This document shows positions 1 through 8,361 of a stretch of 32,836 nucleotides of DNA, piece after piece. The position numbers and the translations under genes were made by a program. The notes below the pieces were generated by a model. That model was given only the letters and a program-made list of their open reading frames with translations. It was not told the DNA's origin and searched no databases. Positions within the stretch are counted from its first letter, which is position 1, and each line of letters starts with the position of its first letter. The DNA is from Candidatus Heimdallarchaeota archaeon (lineage in GTDB: Archaea > Asgardarchaeota > Heimdallarchaeia > Heimdallarchaeales > Kariarchaeaceae). The DNA lies in assembly GCA_015523565.1 (NCBI GenBank), contig WAKA01000020.1, positions 1 through 32,836 on the forward strand. Direction: 5' to 3'.

Positions 1-224
1 TATTTGCGATAGGTGGTGAAAAGAACACCTCCTGCAATAAGATATGCAATTATGTATATTACAAGTATTGAAAGTGCGAAAGAACTAATTTCCATCAAAT
101 CACATCGTATCATTTAAAGAATAGATACATATTGTTTATTCACATAAAATAATTTTTTGTAATCCAAGGTAATTTTGTTATGGATGTATTGAAAACATAT
201 TGTAAAGAAAAAAGACATGAAAAT

Positions 225-1133
225 CTATTTTTTCCCCAATTGCCTTTCTAACTCTTCAATCCTTTTCAAAGCTTCTTCTTTTTCTTTCTTTTCACGATCC
301 GCCCTTTCTCGTTCGCGTTCTGCCCGTTCGCGTTCACGGTTCGCCCGTTCCCGTTCTTGCTCGGCTCGTTCCCGTTCACGATCCGCCCGTTCCCGTTCAC
401 GATCCGCCCGTTCTCGTTCTTGCTCAGCCTTAGTTTTTAGACGGGTTCCAGTTTTTCGATCAATAAAGATGAGTTGGTATAAGTCATAGAGTTTTCCTTT
501 TCTTCTATATTTATCATTTAACTTCATGATGCCGAACTTGAAGGGGATAAGTTGGGGCAAAATGTCAATTGTCTTTTCAAGATCTATTTCTTCATCACCT
601 TCAACGCAACAATAATCTTTAAGGGTCTCAATACTGTATTTATTATTTTCCTTATAATATATTTCAAGGTGGGGTGCTTTTACTGCCTCCGGTTTTGGAA
701 GGTGATCACTAAAGGCAACATAAACGGGAATTCCCAACATCATGCAATTATTTGCAGTCAGTCCGATGTCATTGGTGTATGTGGATTTTGACAGAATATT
801 GATGGTCATGGTTGGACGCCTTAAGTCAAACTCAAGTTCGTTATAGGAAGACAATTGTTCTTTCAATGGAAAATTCTTGAAATATGAAATGTCAAACTGA
901 ATGTCCAATTTGACCTCCCCAAGTACAAAATAATGGTGGAGATCCCAAAATATCCTGTCGTTTGGGAAATTTGTTGAAAGTACATCATGAATATAATTGA
1001 TTTTATGTGAATGAGGTTCGCTTTCTCTTCTCCCTAGTCGTGGTGCAGTTTTTTGGGTTTTTTCATTTTCCATTCTAAGTGCAGCATCCCTATGTCTAGT
1101 ATTAAGGAAACCAGCGCATTCTGTTTTTGACAT
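225..1133 (-). CDS. Uma2/DUF820-like PD-(D/E)xK-fold protein with C-terminal ER-rich repeat helix
   Basis: 302-aa ORF. ESEPHS..I, FDISYF, INILSKST...D and GIPVY resemble Uma2 motifs. Tail of ERERA(D/E/N)(R/Q) heptads. TTATAT box about 29 nt upstream. Confidence 0.6.
   Translation of the reverse strand: MSKTECAGFLNTRHRDAALRMENEKTQKTAPRLGRRESEPHSHKINYIHDVLSTNFPNDRIFWDLHHYFVLGEVKLDIQFDISYFKNFPLKEQLSSYNELEFDLRRPTMTINILSKSTYTNDIGLTANNCMMLGIPVYVAFSDHLPKPEAVKAPHLEIYYKENNKYSIETLKDYCCVEGDEEIDLEKTIDILPQLIPFKFGIMKLNDKYRRKGKLYDLYQLIFIDRKTGTRLKTKAEQERERADRERERADRERERAEQERERANRERERAERERERADREKKEKEEALKRIEELERQLGKK
294..419 (-). repeat. Six tandem 21-bp coding repeats (ERERADR-type heptads)
   Basis: Degenerate units such as acgatccgcccgttcccgttc on the + strand; translation ERERADR ERERADR ERERAEQ ERERANR ERERAER ERERADR. 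Confidence 0.95.
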
Positions 1134-1203
1134 CTAAAAAAAAATGGTTTGAAAGGATATAAGGTTTTGCGATGGAGACTTGTTTACAAATGAACTTAAA
1201 GAA

Positions 1204-1229
1204 AATTGTTCATTTGGATATGAACAATT
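1204..1229. promoter_or_regulatory. Perfect 10-bp inverted repeat, candidate operator in a divergent promoter region
   Basis: AATTGTTCAT-ttggat-ATGAACAATT. Confidence 0.45.
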
Positions 1230-1251
1230 AAATTAATGCAATCATAATAAA

Positions 1252-1268
1252 TAATTTTCAGAAAATTA
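1252..1268. promoter_or_regulatory. 8-bp inverted repeat upstream of the TATA-like box of the 1315 gene
   Basis: TAATTTTC-a-GAAAATTA; AT-rich, so it could be chance. Confidence 0.3.
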
Positions 1269-1314
1269 CTGGGGACACGATAAGTTAATTAATTCAGCGA
1301 AATCAGGGGATACA

Positions 1315-1941
1315 ATGGAACAGATGACCCACTACCCAGAACGGTTTTTGCGGATTATGCAAATAGGCATCATAGTTCTTTTGGCGTCGATGCTTGGTGT
1401 TCATTTTATTTTGAATGATGAGCTCAACACAGCAGTTATTGTGATTATGCTTTTTCAATTATTGTTGATTGGCAGTGTCATGCTGACTGGAGTTTATTAT
1501 GCCTATAAGATGAGCAAGGATTCTTTTGTTGGTTGGCTATTGTTGCTGACGGGGGCAACATTCGCCTTTCTCAAGATCTATATTGCACCTTTTGTTTATG
1601 ACTTTTTGAATATTGCAGGATTGTTGTTTTTTGTTTTTGTGCCTGCCCCAATCATGGTCATAGGTCTAAATAAGATTGCGAGACCTGGAAAGATTGGAGT
1701 TTATGTATTTGCGGCTTTTGCAGTAATCAAGGTCTCTTTGGAGTTCTGGTGGTTTACAGTCTTCAGGAAATTTGCAGAGGGTGCATCGGAGCTGAAAGCA
1801 ACGTTGGACTTGAATTATTCCATTATTTTGGTTCTGGATTCGTTGTTTGCCGTCTTTCTGGTTGTTGGTATTCCATCTGCATTAGGGGAAGGCGGATCAT
1901 TGGAGACATATTTGCAACAGTCAACAAGCAAAGGAGACTGA
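1315..1941 (+). CDS. Hypothetical polytopic membrane protein (about 6 TM)
   Basis: 208 aa with alternating hydrophobic segments; TTAATTAA box 30 nt upstream. Confidence 0.75.
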   Translation: MEQMTHYPERFLRIMQIGIIVLLASMLGVHFILNDELNTAVIVIMLFQLLLIGSVMLTGVYYAYKMSKDSFVGWLLLLTGATFAFLKIYIAPFVYDFLNIAGLLFFVFVPAPIMVIGLNKIARPGKIGVYVFAAFAVIKVSLEFWWFTVFRKFAEGASELKATLDLNYSIILVLDSLFAVFLVVGIPSALGEGGSLETYLQQSTSKGD

Positions 1942-2035
1942 GAAGAAATCAATAAACTAATTGGTAGGGCGTACAACCAGCAATATTGAATACTTGATTT
2001 AAAATTGACAAACGTATGCGGAAAAGCGAGAATGG

Positions 2036-2043
2036 TATAAATA
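2036..2043 (+). promoter_or_regulatory. Archaeal TATA box of had
   Basis: TATAAATA 29 nt before the ATG at 2065. Confidence 0.6.
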
Positions 2044-2064
2044 GTATCGTAACATAGGAGCCCT

Positions 2065-3099
2065 ATGCCATTGAAAATGAAAGCTGCAATTTACACAGGG
2101 GATCCAAAATTGGAGATTAGGGAGGTCGATGTGCCAAAAGTGGCATCAAACGAGATACTGGTTAAAATAGCCGCATGTGGGGTATGCCATACTGATGAAG
2201 GATATCTTGAAGGGGTTCCAACATTCAAGAAGCCACCTATCATCCTAGGTCACGAACCGAGCGGTCAGGTAGTCGAGGTTGGAAAGGGAGTAAAGACTTT
2301 CCAAGAGGGAGACACTGTCCTGATACCACCAGTTCTTACATGTGGGACATGCTTTTATTGTCGAAATGGTAGGGAGACCCTTTGCAGGAATCAGTTGATG
2401 TTGGGAAACCATATTGATGGGGCATTTGCAGAATACATCGCCGTACCTTCAAAAGACATTGTGAAATTGCCGAAGGGTCTTCCCCTCATAGAATCTGCCA
2501 TTATATCGGATGCAGTGGCCACCCCATACCATGCGGTTTTCAACCGTGCAAAAGCCAAGCCAGGGGACATTGCGGTTGTCATTGGATGTGGTGGGGTGGG
2601 GATAAATGTTGTGCAAATGCTAAAAGCGGCGGGAGCCACAATAATTGCAATAGATTTACAGGAAGCAAAACTACAGCTTGCAAAGGAATTGGGTGCACAT
2701 GTGACCATCAACCCGAAAGACGAGGATCCAAAGAAAATTTTGAAGTCAACGTTTCCAAGAGTGGATCTCGTTTTTGAAGTTGTCGGAAATCCGAAGACGC
2801 AACAGATGGGGTTCAACCTTCTTTCGCCTGGTGGGAAGCTTGTTTTGGTGGGCTATTCACCGAAAAAGTGGGATGGGGTTTTCTCTGGCAAGGTGATGTT
2901 TCGGGAGTTGGAGATCATTGGAAGTCTTGGATGTCCACCAAGTGACTTTGAGAGGGTCATCCATTTGGTGAAGGAAGGGAAAATCAGCTTAAAACCATTG
3001 GTGACAGCCCGTTTTCCGCTAGATAGGATAAATGATGCTTTTGATGAATTAAGAAATGGAAAAGGCATTCGAACGGTTATTACGATTAATGGGGATTAG
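2065..3099 (+). CDS. had: 6-hydroxycyclohex-1-ene-1-carbonyl-CoA dehydrogenase (Zn-dependent MDR)
   Basis: CGVCHTD and GHE catalytic Zn motifs, CxxCxxC-x7-C structural Zn, GxGGVG. Had-like DAVATPY and GSLGCPP segments. Adjacent to bcr genes. Confidence 0.8.
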   Translation: MPLKMKAAIYTGDPKLEIREVDVPKVASNEILVKIAACGVCHTDEGYLEGVPTFKKPPIILGHEPSGQVVEVGKGVKTFQEGDTVLIPPVLTCGTCFYCRNGRETLCRNQLMLGNHIDGAFAEYIAVPSKDIVKLPKGLPLIESAIISDAVATPYHAVFNRAKAKPGDIAVVIGCGGVGINVVQMLKAAGATIIAIDLQEAKLQLAKELGAHVTINPKDEDPKKILKSTFPRVDLVFEVVGNPKTQQMGFNLLSPGGKLVLVGYSPKKWDGVFSGKVMFRELEIIGSLGCPPSDFERVIHLVKEGKISLKPLVTARFPLDRINDAFDELRNGKGIRTVITINGD

Positions 3100-3159
3100 A
3101 CAAAAAAAGTTCATCCCCTCTCAAAAACTATAATAAGCATATGTATTTAATTGTAATCT

Positions 3160-4326
3160 GTGACCTCTGCCACTTCGTCGGATCTTATTCCACTGTTGAC
3201 CAATTTACAGGAAATTACCTATGATATAGATTTTGAACAGGTTCATAAATGGAAAAGGGAGCATCCCGGCAAAAAAGCAATTGCCACTTTTCCAGTCTAT
3301 GTACCCCATGAATTGATCTATGCATATGGGCATTTGCCAGTGAATATTTACGGAGGAGGAGAGGAGATTTCAATCAGTCATGCAGATGCAATACTTGGAT
3401 CATTCATCTGTAGCATATCAAAATCTACAACGGAACTGCTATTAAGCCACCAACCTTTCAGAGATGCATTTGATGGATTTGTTTTTCCATTCATCTGTGA
3501 TGTGGCAAGAAACCTTTCAGGAATATTCGGAAGGCGGATCTCCCAACCGGTTTATATGCTCCATCTTGCACAGAATGTCCAGTCAGAGCATTCAATCCCT
3601 TACTTGAAAAATGAATTTATGCGGATGGTCAGCACCCTTTTTCCGGATGAGCAATTGGATCTGGAAAAGCTAAGGGATGCAATTTCCAAATACAATGAAA
3701 ATCGTGCATTATACAAGAAAATCTATGAATTAAGATCGGAAACACCATGGAAGGTTCCACTTGATGATTTGTACATGACAATAAGGGTTGGTTCAAATCT
3801 GGATGTAGTTAAGCATAATGAATTATTGAAATCAAAGCTTTCTGAATATGAAAAAAATGAAAGACCAAAGAAAGATGCCATAAGGGTTGTTGTAACTGGA
3901 AATTTCTGTGAACAGCCCCCTTTGGACATTATCAGACTGATTGAACAGGTAGGATGCTATGTGATCGACGATGACTTCATGATTGGCAGAAGGTTTTATC
4001 AAACACCTGTTTCTGAGGAAGGAGACCCCATCGAAGCATTGGCAAGACACTATTTGCATGAAGGGGCCAAAACGGCAACTCGTTTCCATGAGGGGGAGAA
4101 AGGAGAAGTCATTTTGGAACGGGTCAAGAATGCAAATGCGGAGGGAGTGATTTTCCTGACTGCCAAATTCTGTGAGCCTGCATTGGATGATTTGGTACTG
4201 CAACAGCAGGCATTGCAAGAAAACGGCATTCCCAGTGTGCATATAGAATTTGAGGAACGGGGATCTGGATACGAGAACATTCGGCTTTCATTGGAAACAT
4301 TTGTAGAATCGTTGTTGTTTGACTAA
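3160..4326 (+). CDS. bcrC: Benzoyl-CoA reductase subunit C
   Basis: PVYVPHE, FICSI, FPFICDVARNLSG, YNENR..RSETPWKVP, GNFCEQPPL, GCYVIDDD and FCEPAL match Thauera-type BcrC as recalled. GTG start. Confidence 0.88.
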   Translation: MTSATSSDLIPLLTNLQEITYDIDFEQVHKWKREHPGKKAIATFPVYVPHELIYAYGHLPVNIYGGGEEISISHADAILGSFICSISKSTTELLLSHQPFRDAFDGFVFPFICDVARNLSGIFGRRISQPVYMLHLAQNVQSEHSIPYLKNEFMRMVSTLFPDEQLDLEKLRDAISKYNENRALYKKIYELRSETPWKVPLDDLYMTIRVGSNLDVVKHNELLKSKLSEYEKNERPKKDAIRVVVTGNFCEQPPLDIIRLIEQVGCYVIDDDFMIGRRFYQTPVSEEGDPIEALARHYLHEGAKTATRFHEGEKGEVILERVKNANAEGVIFLTAKFCEPALDDLVLQQQALQENGIPSVHIEFEERGSGYENIRLSLETFVESLLFD

Positions 4327-4445
4327 TCCAACTGATTCTTACTGCATGTTAAAAGAAGCAAAAAAAGGGTGCAGACATCGGAAATTGGGGAAATGGAAAA
4401 AAGTTATTTAGGTATAGTAAATTCCGATACACGATACACTAAGAA

Positions 4446-4454
4446 GTTAAATAG
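4446..4454 (+). promoter_or_regulatory. Internal TATA-like box upstream of bcrB
   Basis: aagaaGTTAAATAG, 29 nt before the ATG at 4475, in a 148-bp gap. Confidence 0.5.
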
Positions 4455-4474
4455 TACGATTTCAAGAATAAGCT

Positions 4475-5725
4475 ATGGAAAATATAGTTGCTGTAAAAGA
4501 GGAAGATCTCCAATATGCCGGTGCAGCAAGAAAGATGCAAAGGCAGTTGGTCAGGGATTTTTATAGGCAAGATGTCACGAAACCAGTTGTCTATCTGTTT
4601 GTAGGTGGAAATCCAGCAGAATTATTGCGGGCATTGGGCTTTCAAGTTTACATGCCAGAAATTACCGCTTTGACGATGGCAATCCGTCATCAGTCATTGC
4701 AATATATTCTGAAAGCAGAATCAATTGGCTATGGATTGGATGTATGTGGTTATGTAAAGACAGACATCGGGCTGACGCATTTGTCAGGGGGCGAAACAGA
4801 TATGGGGAAAATCCCCCGACCTGACTTGCTGGTATGCAATTATTCTGGATGCTCAGTCTATGCGAAATGGTGGGAGGCATTGGCGGAATTCTACAAGGTT
4901 CCCCTGATAATGCTGGACATTCCCTATCATAGGTTCAATGATCCGCAAAAGGAAGATTTGGAGTACATAATCGGACAACTTCGGGAAATGGTTGAGAAAA
5001 TCGAGAAGCTTTTTGATCTAACTTTTGACATGAACAGGTTAAAGGATGTGCTTGCATATTCAAGGAAAGCAGAAGATGGGTGGGGGAGGAGTTTTGAAAT
5101 GGCAAAGCATGTGCCTTCTCCAATAGATGCCTACTTTGAATCAATATTCTACATGTTTCCGATAAATGCCTTGAGGGGAACAAAAGAAGCTGCGGAATTC
5201 TATGACCTCTTGAACAGGGAACTTGATGAGAGGGTTAAGCATGGCATTGGTCCCGTAGAAAACGAGGAATTCCGAACCGTCATTGAGGGAGTCCCACCAT
5301 ATCCCGGTTACAGGTCATTCTGGAATATGTTCAAGAAATGGAATGCCGTGTCTGTTGCGGCGACATACCCAAAGGTTGGGGGAATGTTTGATATCCCTGA
5401 GTTAAGGCATGATCCTGCCAAACCTTGGGAAAGTATTGCAAGATACAGTATTTTCAGTTACTGCAATCTTTCTTGGGATTTCCGAAGAGAAACAATCAAG
5501 CGTTATTTGGAGGATTTCAAGGCGGATGCATTGGTGATACATGGCATCAAAAGCTGTAGAAGCTTTACCGCAGGACAGGGAGATCTTAGGGATTATGTGA
5601 TCAATGAATTGGGATATCCCGCCTTATATGTGGAATCAGACCATCAAGACCCACGGTATTGGGCAGAGGCCCAGATTTTGAACAGGGTGGATGCCTTCTT
5701 TGAGGCATTGAGAATGAAGAGGTGA
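4475..5725 (+). CDS. bcrB: Benzoyl-CoA reductase subunit B
   Basis: DVCGYVKTDIG, PDLL..YSGC...KW, PSPIDAYF, RGT, VIEG.P, ATYPKVGG, HGIKSC and ESD..DPRY..AQI.NR match BcrB. Confidence 0.88.
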   Translation: MENIVAVKEEDLQYAGAARKMQRQLVRDFYRQDVTKPVVYLFVGGNPAELLRALGFQVYMPEITALTMAIRHQSLQYILKAESIGYGLDVCGYVKTDIGLTHLSGGETDMGKIPRPDLLVCNYSGCSVYAKWWEALAEFYKVPLIMLDIPYHRFNDPQKEDLEYIIGQLREMVEKIEKLFDLTFDMNRLKDVLAYSRKAEDGWGRSFEMAKHVPSPIDAYFESIFYMFPINALRGTKEAAEFYDLLNRELDERVKHGIGPVENEEFRTVIEGVPPYPGYRSFWNMFKKWNAVSVAATYPKVGGMFDIPELRHDPAKPWESIARYSIFSYCNLSWDFRRETIKRYLEDFKADALVIHGIKSCRSFTAGQGDLRDYVINELGYPALYVESDHQDPRYWAEAQILNRVDAFFEALRMKR

Positions 5726-5731
5726 AAAGAA

Positions 5732-6559
5732 ATGCAAGAGAAATATGTAGCAGGCGTGGATGTGGGAAGCACCACAGCAAAGGCAATTATATTGGACATG
5801 GACAGGAACATAGTTGGCAAGTCATTGCAAAATGTTTCTCCAAAGGTTGCAGAAGATGCAGAGACTGCATTTCTCAAGGCATGCCAAGATGCAGGCATAG
5901 ATCGAGAAAAGGTTGTATTGATCACAGGGACAGGTTATGGAAGATTAAAAGTCAGGTTCGGTCAACTCATCGTAACAGAAATCTCCTGCCATGCAAAAGG
6001 GGCACAATTTATTTTTCCGAAGACAAGGCTGACATTGGATATAGGGGGGCAAGATACAAAAGCAATCAGGCTTGGAGAAAATGGAGAGATAATCGATTTT
6101 AGTATGAACGACAAATGTTCTGCAGGAACTGGACGGTTCTTGGACGTTTGTGCAGATGCTTTAGGATTTTCTGTTTCAGATCTTGGCCCAATTTCTGAAA
6201 AATCCAGAAGACCAGTCAAAATTACAAGCACATGCACTGTTTTTGCCGAAACAGAGGTTTCCAACCAATTGGCAAGGGGCAGAAAACCAGAAGACATTGT
6301 CAATGGTCTCCATTACTCAATTGCGGAAAGATCCATTTCATTGATGCGAAGAGTCGGGATTGTTGATGAAATCACATTTACCGGCGGGGTGTCTCGAAAT
6401 ACTGGAATGGTGCGAGCCCTTGAAGACAAGCTTGGGAGAAAGATCAATGTTTCGCCGTTATCCCAATGGTTTGGAGCAATCGGGGCAGCATTGTTTGCAT
6501 TGGAAGAACTTGAGAAAGGGAGTGATCCAAAATTCATGCCAATGGAGGTGAAACAATGA
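5732..6559 (+). CDS. bcrA: Benzoyl-CoA reductase subunit A (ASKHA ATPase / [4Fe-4S] activator, short form)
   Basis: GVDVGSTTAK, GTGYGR, EISCHAKGA, DIGGQDTK, MNDKCSAGTGRFL, STCTVFA, FTGGV. GAGGTGA SD upstream. Confidence 0.82.
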   Translation: MQEKYVAGVDVGSTTAKAIILDMDRNIVGKSLQNVSPKVAEDAETAFLKACQDAGIDREKVVLITGTGYGRLKVRFGQLIVTEISCHAKGAQFIFPKTRLTLDIGGQDTKAIRLGENGEIIDFSMNDKCSAGTGRFLDVCADALGFSVSDLGPISEKSRRPVKITSTCTVFAETEVSNQLARGRKPEDIVNGLHYSIAERSISLMRRVGIVDEITFTGGVSRNTGMVRALEDKLGRKINVSPLSQWFGAIGAALFALEELEKGSDPKFMPMEVKQ

Positions 6560-7350
6560 TTACAGCAGGCATTGACATAGGCACAGGATCTACAAAAGGA
6601 GTGTTGCTTGAAGACAATGAAAAAATAATTGCAAGAGCCATAAAACCCACAAAAGGTTCCCCCGGAAAGATGGCCACTGAAATTTTCAATGAATTGCTGG
6701 AAACGTCCAAACTTGACAAAGGCGAGGTTGATTATATCGCATCAACGGGATATGGTCGTTATATGATGGAAGAACGCCAAATCCAGATCAGCGATTTGAC
6801 AACCACGGGGAGAGGTGCAAAATTCATCTATAGGGACAAGAATCCCAGCCTTATTCTGGATATAGGGACACAATCCTCTAGAGCCATAAGAGTAGATGAA
6901 CGAGGCAAGATCATCCAGTTCAAGATGAATGAAAGATGCGCCGCGGGAAGTGGAAGATTTATTGAGAGATGTTCACGTTACCTAGTTGTTCCAATGGAAA
7001 AGATTTCTGAGACAGCCATGAAAAGCACAGATCCACAAAAGATTTCCAGTGTCTGTGCAGTGCTTTCAGAAACAGAGATAATTAACCATGTCTCACAAGG
7101 GATTCCCGTTGAGGATATCTTGATGGGGGTTTTCATGAGCATCGCAGACAGGGCAGGAACTCTTTTGAAAAGGGTAAAGCTTGATGCCCCTGTCTTTCTT
7201 GCTGGAGGGCTGGTCCATATGCCTGCAATGAAAAAGGCATTGGACGAGGTACTTGACCAAGAGGTCATATCTGTGCCAGAGGCACATTTTTCAGCGGCAA
7301 TTGGTGCCGCAAGGCTTGGTTATCAAAGACTTCAAAAAATCAAGAAATAG
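6556..7350 (+). CDS. bcrD: Benzoyl-CoA reductase subunit D
   Basis: MITAGIDIGTG, RAIRVDERGK, CAAGSGRF and ISSVCAVLSETEIIN match BcrD. ATGA overlap with bcrA and GGAGGTGA SD. Confidence 0.85.
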   Translation: MITAGIDIGTGSTKGVLLEDNEKIIARAIKPTKGSPGKMATEIFNELLETSKLDKGEVDYIASTGYGRYMMEERQIQISDLTTTGRGAKFIYRDKNPSLILDIGTQSSRAIRVDERGKIIQFKMNERCAAGSGRFIERCSRYLVVPMEKISETAMKSTDPQKISSVCAVLSETEIINHVSQGIPVEDILMGVFMSIADRAGTLLKRVKLDAPVFLAGGLVHMPAMKKALDEVLDQEVISVPEAHFSAAIGAARLGYQRLQKIKK

Positions 7351-7371
7351 AGAAAAGGGGACAAAAACAAC

Positions 7372-8349
7372 ATGAGTGAATACGGATTCAAAGAAAAATT
7401 CAAACCAAAAGATGCTGAGGAATACGATTTCAAGGAAATCATATATGAAAAAGACAGGGACAAGTTTGTCGCCAAGGTCACAATCAATCGCCCACATGTA
7501 TATAATGCATATTCCACAGAAACATTGAGAGAAATGTCACAGGCATTCCTTGATGCCATGTGGGATGATGGGGTCGCCGTTGTGGTGCTTACAGGGGCAG
7601 GTGACAAGGCGTTTTGTACAGGAGGTGATGTGAAAGAATACCAGAGCATCTTCACACAAAAACCAAGAGATTATTACAAATGGATGTCACTATTTGTCGA
7701 GGCACATGACAGGTTCAGGAACATTGGTAAGCCAACAATCGCGAGAATCAACGGAATCGTTGCGGGTGGAGGAAATGAATGGAATATGGCATGCGATCTG
7801 GCTATTGCGGCAGAACATGCCACAATCCGACAAGTAGGGACAAGAGTCGGGTCTGTTGCGGCAGGAGGAGCCACCCAATGGCTCCCCATAATTGTAGGGG
7901 ACAGAAGGGCAAGAGAGATACTGTTTCTCAATGAGCCAATCCCTGCAAGAAAAGCGATGGAATGGGGTCTTGTCAACCAAGTTGTACCTTATGAGAAATT
8001 GGATGAGGCAGTGGATGCAATGGTCGAGAAATTGGTCGAAAAGTTTCCAGAATGCAGCAGATATACAAAAGAACAGGTAAACTTCTGGAAAAATTTTGCT
8101 TGGTATCAAACCATAAATCATGCAAAGGAATGGTTAACGCTTCATTATGCAAACTGGGAACCTTACGAGGGGATGACTGCATTCGTTGAAAAAAGACCGC
8201 CCAATTATAGGATGATTCGGGAAATTGCAAGAGACGGTGGATCCTCTGAGCTTATGTGGGGACCACCATCAAAGACATGCTCTGCATGCGGTGCAAAAGG
8301 ACTCCCCAAGAATTTCAAGCATTGTGGCGTTTGTGGAAAAGAACTATAG
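7372..8349 (+). CDS. oah: Oah-like ring-opening hydrolase (crotonase family) with C-terminal Zn ribbon
   Basis: YNAYST, GDKAFCTGGDVKEY, GGGNE and GSVAAGGATQWLP resemble 6-oxocyclohex-1-ene-1-carbonyl-CoA hydrolase. C-terminal CSAC..CGVC. bcr context. Confidence 0.7.
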   Translation: MSEYGFKEKFKPKDAEEYDFKEIIYEKDRDKFVAKVTINRPHVYNAYSTETLREMSQAFLDAMWDDGVAVVVLTGAGDKAFCTGGDVKEYQSIFTQKPRDYYKWMSLFVEAHDRFRNIGKPTIARINGIVAGGGNEWNMACDLAIAAEHATIRQVGTRVGSVAAGGATQWLPIIVGDRRAREILFLNEPIPARKAMEWGLVNQVVPYEKLDEAVDAMVEKLVEKFPECSRYTKEQVNFWKNFAWYQTINHAKEWLTLHYANWEPYEGMTAFVEKRPPNYRMIREIARDGGSSELMWGPPSKTCSACGAKGLPKNFKHCGVCGKEL

Positions 8350-8361
8350 GTGTAAACAACA

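Noticed and set aside
6-35. Weak hairpin (GGTG...CACC) near the window start as an ncRNA or terminator
   Set aside because: It is short, imperfect and truncated by the window edge, with no recognisable RNA family.
294-419. 21-bp repeats as a CRISPR array
   Set aside because: The units are contiguous, in frame and degenerate at wobble positions, with no spacers and no cas genes.
217-489. 90-aa RS-repeat ORF resembling a eukaryotic SR protein
   Set aside because: It is the antisense reading of the ERERA repeat of the 225..1133 gene and has no independent support.
4369-4566. Small ORF in the bcrC-bcrB gap
   Set aside because: It overlaps bcrB out of frame, spans its putative promoter and has no recognisable motif.
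3160-7350. 2-hydroxyacyl-CoA dehydratase plus activator
   Set aside because: Two distinct activator subunits, Bcr-like motifs and flanking had/oah favour benzoyl-CoA reductase.
7372-8349. MenB naphthoate synthase
   Set aside because: FCTGGDVKEY and GSVAAGGAT fit Oah rather than MenB (FCSGGDQ, GSFD), and no men genes are nearby.
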